DNA of 64,000 nucleotides from assembly GCA_963760535.1 (NCBI GenBank), contig CAVXEF010000026.1, positions 18,416-82,415 of the forward strand, read 5' to 3'. This DNA comes from an uncultured Phycisphaerales bacterium (lineage in GTDB: Bacteria; Planctomycetota; Phycisphaerae; Sedimentisphaerales; Anaerobacaceae). Below the pieces are notes generated by a model that saw only the letters and a list, made by a program, of their open reading frames with translations, had not been told where the DNA came from and did no database searches. Every line of letters starts with the position of its first letter. Within the stretch, counting starts at the first letter, position 1. Below are positions 38,499 to 47,631 of this stretch, in pieces. Both the position numbers and the translations under genes were made by a program.

Positions 38499-40186
38499 AT
38501 GCGAATAGCACTGGCACAATTTGACGCGTCGGTCGGTAATATCAAAGGTAATATCGGGAAAATGGAAAAGCTAAGCGCCAAAGCGTACGACTTAGGTGCT
38601 GACATTGTGGTTTTTCCCGAAATGTCGGTGTGCGGTTATCCTCCGGAAGACCTGTTGTTTAAAAAACATTTTCTGGAAGACAACCGCTTGGCGGTGGAAC
38701 GCCTGGCACAAAAGGCCAGTCGTTTGGGGTCTGGGGTCAGGGGTCTGGAGTCTGGGATTACTGTCGTAGCTGGTTTTGCAGAGATAAATGACAAGGGCTG
38801 CTTCAATTCACTTGCTGTATTGCAAGGCGGCAAGATTGCGAGGATTTATCGAAAAAGCATTTTACCTAATTATGGGGTGTTCGACGAAAGGCGATATTTT
38901 CGCCCGGGGACAGAAGCGGTACGAATCACAATAAAAGATATGGCTGTGGTGTTTGCAATCTGTGAAGATATATGGCGTCTGAAGTGGCTGGACAGTTTCC
39001 TTGGAGAAATACCACGGATAGACATAATCATAAATATATCCGCGTCTCCCTTTCACATAGGCAAAATCAGCCAGCGTGAAGAAATTCTCCGCCAATGCGC
39101 AAAGCATTTTAACTGTGCCGTTGCCTATTGCAATTTGGTCGGCGGTCAGGATGAACTTGTTTTTGACGGCCGAAGCATGTTTGTGGATTCATCCGGCAAC
39201 GTTGTTTGCGTAGCTGCGGCGTTTGCAGAAGATATGCTGCTGGCAGATTTAGTAGCAGCGGAGAACGTCTGTCGTCTGTTGCCGGTCGTCGGTCGTCGGT
39301 CGACGAGAGACGAGGGACGAGGGACGAGAGACGAGATTGCCGAGGTTTATAATGCACTGATTCTTGGGGTTAAAGACTACGTACGAAAGAACAATTTTTC
39401 CAAAGTTGTAATCGGCCTCAGTGGTGGAATAGATTCATCTCTTACGGCGGCAATTGCCGCAGGTGCGCTGGGGGCAAAAAATGTCGTCGGCGTAACTATG
39501 CCGTCACAATTTAACAGTCCGGATACTATCAGAGATGCACAAACACTGGCAGACAATCTTGATATTGAGTTTCACGTTTTGCCAATCAAGGCAACGCTGG
39601 AGCAATTTAACGAAGCTGCTGACAAAAATGCCGGGATGGGACAAAACGGGTATAGCCTATGAAAATCTGCAGGCAAGAATTCGAGGATGTATACTTATGT
39701 CTTTGAGCAACCGATACGGTTATCTTGTTTTGACCACCAGCAACAAGAGCGAAACCGCTGTCGGATATGCCACCCTGTATGGTGACACAGCGGGTGGCTT
39801 TGCGGTTTTGAAAGACGTGCCCAAGACAATGGTTTATCAATTGGCTGAGTATGTAAATAAGGTCCATCACGGAGTTATCCCCGCTACGGTAATACAACGA
39901 CCTCCGAGTGCTGAACTAAAGGAAAACCAAAAGGATACAGATTCCCTTCCGGAGTATGACATCCTCGACCGCGTACTTCGTAGTTATGTGGAAGAAGACA
40001 AAGGGGTTTCTGAGTATGGTCAAGGAAGGCTTACCCAAGAATATCGTTAATAAGGTCGTCAGTATGGTGGACCGGAATGAATACAAAAGGAGACAATCTC
40101 CACCGGGGATTAAAATCACTCCGAAAGCATTTGGTAAAGACAGGCGAATGCCCATAACCAACCTCTATACTTCCGAAAGACCTTAG
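38499..40186 (+). CDS. nadE: glutamine-dependent NAD+ synthetase (two apparent frameshifts, two in-frame heptamer arrays)
   Basis: CN-hydrolase domain (MRIALAQ...[12 protein letters not shown]) plus synthetase domain ([24 protein letters not shown]). Joins occur near 39635 (..AGMG|[13 protein letters not shown]) and near 40011 (..DKGVSE|[22 protein letters not shown]). Confidence 0.85.
38719..38760. repeat. heptanucleotide tandem array, unit GGGGTCT (4 good + 2 degenerate units = 42 nt), inside nadE
   Basis: gtcgttt GGGGTCT GGGGTCA GGGGTCT GGAGTCT gggatta. Translated as [14 protein letters not shown]. Confidence 0.7.
39267..39336. repeat. bipartite heptanucleotide array, 5 x GTCNGTY then 5 x GACGAGR, inside nadE
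   Basis: GTCTGTC GTCTGTT GCCGGTC GTCGGTC GTCGGTC | GACGAGA GACGAGG GACGAGG GACGAGA GACGAGA. The arms are complementary at 5 of 7 positions per unit and are centred on GTCGAC. Translated as [23 protein letters not shown]. Confidence 0.8.
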
Positions 40187-40262
40187 GATAAATAATAGCT
40201 CCGCAGTCAATAATTTGGAAGAAACAAAAGAACAGACAATGGATTCGACAGGCTCACCATAA

Positions 40263-43200
40263 ATGCCAAAACGCAAAGACGTTAAAAAGATACTGATTAT
40301 AGGTTCCGGACCTATCGTTATAGGTCAGGGCTGTGAATTTGACTACTCGGGCACACAGGCGTGCAAAGTATTAAAACAGGAAGGTCTTAAGGTTGTGCTT
40401 GTCAATAGCAACCCCGCTACAATAATGACCGACCCCGAGATGGCTGACAGAACCTATATTGAACCGATTACACCTGAGATAGTTGAAAAAATAATTCAGA
40501 AAGAACGGCCTGACAGTCTCCTTCCCACCCTCGGAGGACAAACAGGTCTAAATACCGCAGTGGCATTAGCTGAAAATGGGGTATTGAAAAAGTACGGTGT
40601 TCGCCTTTTGGGAGCTAATTTGCAGGCAATCAAAAGGGCTGAAGAAAGAGACAGATTCAAGAAAGTAATTCAGGACTGTGGTCTGGAAGTCCCTACAAGT
40701 GGCTATGCACATTCCTGGCAACAGGCCGAGGAAATAATCAAGTATATTGGTTTTCCTGCTATCATCAGGCCTTCATATACTCTGGGTGGTACAGGCGGCA
40801 ATATCGCCTACAATATCGAAGAGTATAAAAATCACATCGAATGGGGCTTGAATCTAAGCCCTAAGAACCGGGTCTTGATTGAGGAATCCGTTATAGGCTG
40901 GAAAGAGTATGAGCTGGAGGTAATGCGGGACAAAAAAGATAATGTAGTTATAGTCTGCCCGATAGAAAATCTTGACCCGATGGGTATTCATACCGGCGAT
41001 AGTATTACAGTGGCACCTGCTCAGACTCTCACTGATAAAGAATATCAGATAATGCGCAATGCCGCTCTTAAAATTATAAGGGCTATCGGCGTTGAAACAG
41101 GCGGTTCGAATATACAGTTTGCGGTAAATCCCGACAACGGCAAGCTATACGTAATAGAGATGAACCCCCGTGTCTCACGAAGCTCCGCCCTTGCTTCCAA
41201 AGCCACGGGTTTTCCCATCGCAAAGATAGCTTCTCTATTGGCAGTCGGATACACACTTGACGAGATTCCCAACGATATTACCAAAAAGACACCGGCCTGT
41301 TTCGAGCCTACCATTGACTATTGTGTCGTTAAGTGGCCGCGTTTTACATTTGAAAAATTCCCTAACACCACTCCTGAGCTTACCGTGCAGATGAAGTCGG
41401 TTGGCGAAGCAATGGCGATAGGAAGAACATTCAAGGAAGCACTGCAAAAAGCCATAAGGTCATTGGAGATCGACCGCTATTCACTTGATAAAAGACATAT
41501 CAATGGTGAGCTTACATTAGCTCAGTTAAAAAAGAAACTGCAAACCAACTGCTGGGACAAAATCTGGTATGTAGCCGAGGCCTTTAGGAGAAAACTCTCA
41601 GCCGATGAAATATTTGCCTTTACAAAAATCGACCCGTGGTTCCTCAATAATATAAAGGACATCATTCGACTTGAAGAGAAAATAAAATCCATAGGCAGCC
41701 TGACGGACATAGATGCCGGTTTGATGAGAACTATCAAAGAATACGGCTTCAGCGATAAGTATCTGGCGTCTATTCTGAAGGTCGATGAACCTCGGTTCAG
41801 AAAATATCGTCAGAGGATGGAAGTAAATCCGGTTTACAAAACCGTCGATACCTGTGGAGCTGAGTTTGAGGCTCATACCCCCTATCTTTACTCGACGTTT
41901 GAGAGCGAATGCGAAGCCAATCCAAGCAGCAGAAAAAAAATTGTTATCCTCGGCGGAGGACCAAATCGCATAGGGCAGGGCATAGAATTCGATTATTGCT
42001 GCGTACACGCCGCTTTTGCATTGAAGGAGATAGGTATTGAATCAATAATGGTAAACTGCAATCCGGAAACAGTAAGTACCGACTACGATACTTCCGACAG
42101 GCTGTATTTTGAGCCGTTGACATTTGAAGATGTTATGTCAATCGTCGAAAAAGAAAAACCTGACGGTGTAATTGTTCAGTTCGGCGGACAAACTCCGCTC
42201 AAATTGGCTGTGCCATTAGAGAGAGCCGGCGTGAAAATAATCGGCACATCACCTGACAGCATTGCCTGTGCTGAGGACCGTAAGCGCTTCAATAGGTTAG
42301 TCGAGAAATTAGGGCTTCGCCAACCCGATAGCGGGACGGCAACAACTTACGACCAGGCCTTAAAAATCGCTCAAAGACTTGGATTTCCTTTACTCATCCG
42401 GCCATCTTTTGTGCTGGGAGGCCGAGCGATGCAGATTGTCCATGACGAAAAATCATTCAAGGCCGCTGTGGAAAAAGCATTTGAAGCCTCAGGCGAACAT
42501 CCGGTTTTGATAGATAAATTTCTTGATGACGCAACGGAACTGGACGTTGATGCTATCAGTGACGGCAAGCGAGTGGTTATTGGCGGGATTATGGAACACG
42601 TGGAGGAAGCGGGTGTGCACTCAGGCGATAGTGCCTGTTCGCTTCCGCCTGTTTCGATAAGTAAAAGAATCCTCGATGAAATCAGAAGACAAACCAGCCT
42701 CCTCTCGCTTGAATTAAAAGTACAGGGCCTTATGAACGTTCAGTTTGCTGTAAAAGATGACGAAATTTATATACTCGAGGTCAACCCACGTGCCTCGAGG
42801 ACAATCCCGTTCGTAAGCAAAGCAATTGGCGTACCTCTGGCGAAACTCGCAACAAAAGTGATGACGGGAATGACCTTGGATGAGTTGAAATTCACAAAAG
42901 AAGTACGGCCTGAACATTTTTCGGTAAAGGAGGCCGTGTTTCCATTTTTGAAGTTCCCCGGCATAGACACACTTCTCGGCCCGGAGATGCTTTCTACCGG
43001 CGAGGTTATGGGTATAGATGATGATTTTGGAATCGCCTTCGCAAAATCTCAGATAGCAGCCGGCAACAGCTTGCCGATGAGTGGCAATGTGTTGTTTAGT
43101 GTCAAGGACAGCGATAAGAAAAAAGCCGTCGAACTCGCACACAAAATGCACAAAATGGGATTTAAGATTGTTGCAACAAAGGAAACGTGCCTTGAATTCG

Positions 43201-43475
43201 TAAACAATAACATACCATCAGAATTTGTGCTTAAGATGACCGAAGGCAGGCCGAATATAGTTGACCGGATTATAAACGGCAAAATCGACCTTATCATAAA
43301 TACCACGGCAGGCGCTCAATCCATCAGGGATTCTTTTCCAATAAGAAGAACCGCCCTCGATAAACAGATTCCCTATGTAACAACCATAAGAGCCGCCGCA
43401 GCGGTTGTAAAAGCCATAACAGCAATGAAGGCGCAAAAAATCAGAGTAAAACCTATTCAGCGTTATCACAATTAG
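40263..43475 (+). CDS. carB: carbamoyl-phosphate synthase large subunit
   Basis: Intact 1070 aa with two ATP-grasp halves and an MGS-like C-terminal domain. Confidence 0.95.
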   Translation: MPKRKDVKKILIIGSGPIVIGQGCEFDYSGTQACKVLKQEGLKVVLVNSNPATIMTDPEMADRTYIEPITPEIVEKIIQKERPDSLLPTLGGQTGLNTAVALAENGVLKKYGVRLLGANLQAIKRAEERDRFKKVIQDCGLEVPTSGYAHSWQQAEEIIKYIGFPAIIRPSYTLGGTGGNIAYNIEEYKNHIEWGLNLSPKNRVLIEESVIGWKEYELEVMRDKKDNVVIVCPIENLDPMGIHTGDSITVAPAQTLTDKEYQIMRNAALKIIRAIGVETGGSNIQFAVNPDNGKLYVIEMNPRVSRSSALASKATGFPIAKIASLLAVGYTLDEIPNDITKKTPACFEPTIDYCVVKWPRFTFEKFPNTTPELTVQMKSVGEAMAIGRTFKEALQKAIRSLEIDRYSLDKRHINGELTLAQLKKKLQTNCWDKIWYVAEAFRRKLSADEIFAFTKIDPWFLNNIKDIIRLEEKIKSIGSLTDIDAGLMRTIKEYGFSDKYLASILKVDEPRFRKYRQRMEVNPVYKTVDTCGAEFEAHTPYLYSTFESECEANPSSRKKIVILGGGPNRIGQGIEFDYCCVHAAFALKEIGIESIMVNCNPETVSTDYDTSDRLYFEPLTFEDVMSIVEKEKPDGVIVQFGGQTPLKLAVPLERAGVKIIGTSPDSIACAEDRKRFNRLVEKLGLRQPDSGTATTYDQALKIAQRLGFPLLIRPSFVLGGRAMQIVHDEKSFKAAVEKAFEASGEHPVLIDKFLDDATELDVDAISDGKRVVIGGIMEHVEEAGVHSGDSACSLPPVSISKRILDEIRRQTSLLSLELKVQGLMNVQFAVKDDEIYILEVNPRASRTIPFVSKAIGVPLAKLATKVMTGMTLDELKFTKEVRPEHFSVKEAVFPFLKFPGIDTLLGPEMLSTGEVMGIDDDFGIAFAKSQIAAGNSLPMSGNVLFSVKDSDKKKAVELAHKMHKMGFKIVATKETCLEFVNNNIPSEFVLKMTEGRPNIVDRIINGKIDLIINTTAGAQSIRDSFPIRRTALDKQIPYVTTIRAAAAVVKAITAMKAQKIRVKPIQRYHN

Positions 43476-43489
43476 GCTCGGACTTAAGA

Positions 43490-44626
43490 TTGAAAGCTGT
43501 TCTGTTACTTGAAGATGGTACGGTTTTTGAAGGTAAGTCTTTTGGAGCTAAAGGCCAAAAGTGCGGGGAAGTTGTCTTTAATACGAGTATGACAGGCTAT
43601 CAGGAAATACTGACCGACCCATCCTACTATGAGCAGATAATCACAATGACATATCCGCTGATTGGCAATTATGGTACAAACCAGTTAGACTGGGAATCTC
43701 GAAAAGTTTTTGCAAGCGGTTTTATTGCCAAAGAGAACTGCAGATACCCAAACAACTGGCGAAAAGAGGACTCTCTAAGCCGATACTTGAAAGCCAACAA
43801 CGTAATTGGTCTTGAAGGCATTGATACAAGAAAACTCGTAAAACACATTCGCACTCAAGGGGCTATGAAAGGAATTATTTCTTCCACTGAATTTCAAATC
43901 GCCAGGCTTGCAAAAAAATTGGACGAATATCCCGGCCTTGTCGGCAGGGATATAGTTAAAGACGTAAGTATCAAAAAAGCTTACAAATGGAATAATGGTG
44001 TTGTTGATGTACTGACGGGTTCGGAGCATAAAGATGAAAAAAAATACAAGGTCGTAGCCTTCGATTTCGGCATAAAACACGTTATTCTCAGACTGCTTCG
44101 CTCGCATGGCTGTGACGTAAAGGTCGTACCCGCCGCTACTTCGGCCCAGGAAGTTCTCAGCCAGAAGCCCGATGGTGTATTCTTGAGCAACGGCCCGGGT
44201 GACCCTGCACCCGTAAGTTATGCTATTGAAACCATAAGAAAGCTTCTTGGCAAAGTCCCAATTTTTGGTATTTGTCTCGGCCATCAATTACTTGGCCTTG
44301 CCCTGGGCGGCCAAACTTACAAACTCAAGTTCGGCCATAGGGGTGCGAATCATCCGGTTAAAAACCTGCTGACAGGTGCGGTCGAAATAACCTGCCAGAA
44401 TCACGGCTTCTGTGTTGACATCGATTCCCTGAAGGATAAAGACATCGAGCTTACACATATGAATCTCAATGACAATACCGTAGAAGGTATCAGGTCTGAG
44501 AAGCTATCAGCTTTTGCAGTTCAGTACCATCCCGAAGCCTCGCCGGGTCCTCATGATTCCAGATATCTCTTTAAACAGTTTATTGAGTTAATGAACCAAC
44601 GGAAAAAAAGAGTACACAGATACTAA
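43490..44626 (+). CDS. carA: carbamoyl-phosphate synthase small (glutaminase) subunit
   Basis: 378 aa; MKAVLLLEDGTVFEGKSFGA, GICLGHQLL, HPEASPGPHD. TTG start 14 nt after carB. Confidence 0.95.
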   Translation: MKAVLLLEDGTVFEGKSFGAKGQKCGEVVFNTSMTGYQEILTDPSYYEQIITMTYPLIGNYGTNQLDWESRKVFASGFIAKENCRYPNNWRKEDSLSRYLKANNVIGLEGIDTRKLVKHIRTQGAMKGIISSTEFQIARLAKKLDEYPGLVGRDIVKDVSIKKAYKWNNGVVDVLTGSEHKDEKKYKVVAFDFGIKHVILRLLRSHGCDVKVVPAATSAQEVLSQKPDGVFLSNGPGDPAPVSYAIETIRKLLGKVPIFGICLGHQLLGLALGGQTYKLKFGHRGANHPVKNLLTGAVEITCQNHGFCVDIDSLKDKDIELTHMNLNDNTVEGIRSEKLSAFAVQYHPEASPGPHDSRYLFKQFIELMNQRKKRVHRY

Positions 44627-44678
44627 AGAGTAACTGATATGGTACAGCAGAAACTGTTCCAACCCAACAAAGACAAAC

Positions 44679-44765
44679 CGGAGCAGGAGGGATTCGAACC
44701 CCCGTTACCCGAAAGGGTAAAACGGTTTTCAAGACCGTCGCCTTAAACCGCTCGGCCACTGCTCC
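44679..44765 (-). tRNA. tRNA-Ser (anticodon UGA)
   Basis: Reverse complement GGAGCAGTGGCCGAGCGGTTTAAGGCGACGGTCTTGAAAACCGTTTTACCCTTTCGGGTAACGGGGGTTCGAATCCCTCCTGCTCCG has a long variable arm and anticodon loop CTTGAAA. Confidence 0.85.
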
Positions 44766-44772
44766 ATATCAA

Positions 44773-44807
44773 CTCGTTGCCCGCGCCTCGTATCTCGTTG
44801 CTGTGAT
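44773..44807. repeat. weak, degenerate heptamer-periodic tract next to tRNA-Ser
   Basis: CTCGTTG CCCGCGC CTCGTAT CTCGTTG CTGTGAT. Only three of five units resemble each other. Confidence 0.3.
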
Positions 44808-44950
44808 TCTATTTAACTAATCGGCAGCTTCCCGCCTATTCTACAGCAGCCCTCTGATTTTGCAAGCGCCATACCTTTTCTTCTACTTACTTACTCATCG
44901 ACTCTCCACGTGCTCTGCTTTCTCAGCGGTAAAATTTTTTCAAATTTTAC

Positions 44951-44979
44951 TTGACATCACATAGTATGTATAGCATAAT
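44951..44979 (+). promoter_or_regulatory. candidate sigma-70 promoter with palindromic CATAnTATG motifs upstream of padR
   Basis: TTGACA (44951-44956), 17 nt, CATAAT (44974-44979). CATAGTATG and CATAATATG half-palindromes overlap the spacer and -10 and are possible PadR operators. Confidence 0.4.
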
Positions 44980-45039
44980 ATGTAAAGCAAGATAATAAAC
45001 GAATCGTCATAATCTTCTGGAGACCAAAAGGAGGTTCTT

Positions 45040-45381
45040 ATGAAATTTGAAAGTCAGTTGTTAAAGGGAATCGCCCCTGTCGTAGTTCTTGAGATTCTCT
45101 CCCGCGGACAGATGTACGGCTATGAGCTCAGCCAGGCAATTGAGCAGCGAAGCGGCGATATCCTCACCCTCGGCAAAGGAACGCTGTATCCGCTGCTCTA
45201 TAATTTAGAGGCCAAGAAACTCATCAGGGGCAAATGGCAACAAACCGACTCCAGCCGAGAGAGAAGATATTACTCCATAACCAGCAAAGGCAAAAATCAA
45301 CTGGCAGAACAAAAAGCCCAGCTTAAGAAACTCACAGCCGGCTTAAATTTTGTTTTCGGCGGAGCTCTTATGCCGGCCTAA
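45040..45381 (+). CDS. PadR family transcriptional regulator
   Basis: 113 aa; LLKGIAPVVVLEILSRGQMYGYELSQAIEQRSGDILTLGKGTLYPLLYNLEAKKLI is the PadR winged-helix signature. Confidence 0.85.
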   Translation: MKFESQLLKGIAPVVVLEILSRGQMYGYELSQAIEQRSGDILTLGKGTLYPLLYNLEAKKLIRGKWQQTDSSRERRYYSITSKGKNQLAEQKAQLKKLTAGLNFVFGGALMPA

Positions 45382-45424
45382 ACTACGAATCGCCGTTTTA
45401 AACTCTTATATCGAAAGGTTTATC

Positions 45425-47104
45425 ATGGCAAAGAAGTGTAACAAAAGCGATTTGCAAAGTCTTCCCGAATGCGCACGAGACTTCATAAAACTTGTCGTTA
45501 GGAAAATGCGGTATCGCAAAAAGGTCCAGGCCGATGTGCAGGCTGAACTGGTGGCGCATTTTGAAGATGAATTGCGAGACTGCAAAACCGACGAGGAAAA
45601 ACAGCAAAAAGCTCAGCGACTAATCGAAGATTTCGGTGACGCCAAATTACTCGGCATCCTGCTGCGCAGGGCCAAAAAACGCTGCAGGCCGCTTTGGCGA
45701 ACCGTTGTCGCAAAGACATTTCAGACCATCGGCGTTTTAATTCTGTGTCTCATCCTATATTGTATTTATATCTCACTCGGCAAACCCACCATCGCTGTCA
45801 ATTACGTTGAGGAAATAACCCGGCTTGCCCATCCGCTTGCTGATGAGAGCCTGAACGCAGCAGTCCTTTATCAAAAAGCTTTCGATGTTTACAAGGAACC
45901 GCCTTTAATCAAGCACGAAACAAAGACAAAAAAGATAAGTTTACTTGACGCCATAAAAGATAAAAATGAAATCACAGAACTGAGCAAAGAGGAACTTACG
46001 CTGCTGAAGCAGTGGCTTTCCGACAACGCCAACACAATCGGATTTTTCAAGCAAGCCTCCGAAAAACCTTATTGCTGGTGGAAGCGGCAGGCAAAAGATA
46101 ACGTTGTATGGGCTATCCTTATGCCGGAACTGGCAAAGTTAAAAGATATCACGAAAATAATGGTTTGGCAAGCAAAACTGAAGGCATACGATGGGCACAC
46201 CGAAGAGGCCTTTGACGATTTGCTGGTCTGCTATCGGACAGGGACGCATTTCAAAGGTCCTCACATATTAATTGAGCAATTGGTCGGAATAGCCATCCAG
46301 GTTCTTGCGGTAAAAGACATGCGTATGATCTTATGCAATCAAAAAGTAGACAGTCAATCGTTAAAAAATCTTCAGGCCAAACTCGAAGACCTGGTGGCTG
46401 GGGATACGTATGTTATTAGTTACGAAGATGAAAAATTCTGTGCGAAGGATTTTATCCAAAGATGCTACACCGATAATGGAAGAGGCTCTGGTCATATGAT
46501 TCCCGGACAGCTAAAAATATTAGATTTTGAATTGTTTCCAGGTTCTCAGGGTTCCCAAAGCGAGCCTATGCTATATTTGGCTATGGCTCTGGTCAGTGCG
46601 AACAGAAGCGAAATAAGCCGTGAGTTTGATAAATTTTACAGCACCGATGAAGACTGGGCGGCAAAAACCCCTTGGCAGTTGCATAAAGAAAACGTTGATT
46701 TGGAAATAGGCTTTGACAAATGGTCGTCTCTCAAAAAAGTAAGGTACTGGCCTGTCGAGGTGTTTATGCCTGGCGTGGCAAAGGTGAATGCAAGAGCCTA
46801 TCGAATCAAAGCAGATACGTATGCTACCTTGGCAATAATTGCGATATTAAGATACAAACAGGACAAAGGTGCGTTTCCGAGCACCCTCGATGATTTAATC
46901 CAGGCTGACTACCTTAAGCAATTACCTATGGACCCATGGAGTGACAAGCCGCTGGTTTATAAAAGAACCACTGATGGTTTCATGCTTTACGGCGTCGGAT
47001 ACAATTCCAAAGACGATAGCGGAAAAGTGGCCAGAGATGACAAGGGAAAAATCAAACCCTACGCCGACGAAGGAGACTGGGTTTTCTGGCCGGTGCAAAA
47101 ATAA
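45425..47104 (+). CDS. membrane protein partnered with PadR (N-terminal DUF1700-like helix region, one TM, large C-terminal domain)
   Basis: Preferred ATG is 45425 (MAKKCNKSDLQSL), preceded by GAAAGG. TM segment VLILCLILYCIYISL. The C-terminal end PMDPWSDKPLVYKRTTDGFMLYGVGYNSKDDSG is reminiscent of pseudopilin C-termini. Confidence 0.5.
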   Translation: MAKKCNKSDLQSLPECARDFIKLVVRKMRYRKKVQADVQAELVAHFEDELRDCKTDEEKQQKAQRLIEDFGDAKLLGILLRRAKKRCRPLWRTVVAKTFQTIGVLILCLILYCIYISLGKPTIAVNYVEEITRLAHPLADESLNAAVLYQKAFDVYKEPPLIKHETKTKKISLLDAIKDKNEITELSKEELTLLKQWLSDNANTIGFFKQASEKPYCWWKRQAKDNVVWAILMPELAKLKDITKIMVWQAKLKAYDGHTEEAFDDLLVCYRTGTHFKGPHILIEQLVGIAIQVLAVKDMRMILCNQKVDSQSLKNLQAKLEDLVAGDTYVISYEDEKFCAKDFIQRCYTDNGRGSGHMIPGQLKILDFELFPGSQGSQSEPMLYLAMALVSANRSEISREFDKFYSTDEDWAAKTPWQLHKENVDLEIGFDKWSSLKKVRYWPVEVFMPGVAKVNARAYRIKADTYATLAIIAILRYKQDKGAFPSTLDDLIQADYLKQLPMDPWSDKPLVYKRTTDGFMLYGVGYNSKDDSGKVARDDKGKIKPYADEGDWVFWPVQK

Positions 47105-47163
47105 AAGTCAAGCAAATCAATGGAATTGATTACTGCGATAGAAATTCGTGGAAGAAATTTGTG

Positions 47164-47346
47164 TTAGTAACTAAAGCTTGAAATTCGCTGGGACCTGCGA
47201 ACACGTCGGCGGTTCTTCTCCGACGGTTTTTCGTAGTAGGCACTACGCTTCATATCTCTGATAAGACCCTCCTTCTCGCAGAGCTTCTTAAAGCGTCTTA
47301 TCATTTGCTGAACCGATTCACCTGTACGCGACTTCACTTTCAACAT
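47164..47346 (-). CDS. rpsU: 30S ribosomal protein S21
   Basis: 60 aa; MLKVKSRTGESVQQMIRRFKKLCEKEGLIRDMKRSAYYEKPSEKNRR. Confidence 0.9.
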   Translation of the reverse strand: MLKVKSRTGESVQQMIRRFKKLCEKEGLIRDMKRSAYYEKPSEKNRRRVRRSQRISSFSY

Positions 47347-47631
47347 AAGAAACGACCTTCCCTGCTTCCCTTAACAAAAAAGTCCCGGAAAGAAACATCT
47401 ATAAGTTTATTCGTCAAAATACAAAAGATAATTTACTGTAAGAGATGGTTTACATTTAATCAAGTCAAAAACGCTGTCTGCCGCCGATTTTTCGGCACCG
47501 AACCGCCCTTTTAGCCCAAAAAACGCTGGTTTCAGCCCAAAAATGCAGAATCCGCCAAATATTTGAGCTCTATTGAGAAACTCGGCCAAATATGCTAAAA
47601 TAAAAGGACAATTTTGGGAGGCTGCCCTTAA

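Noticed and set aside
11947-39336. Heptamer arrays as CRISPR or other spacer-containing arrays
   Set aside because: The units are 7 nt and directly tandem, with no spacers, no leader and no cas genes in the window. They are not CRISPR.
47400-47631. Repeated AGCCCAAAAA motif (21-nt spacing) and ORF-free stretch between rpsU and hflX
   Set aside because: There are only two copies and no convincing secondary structure or promoter geometry. It is probably ordinary promoter or leader DNA for the divergent rpsU and hflX genes.
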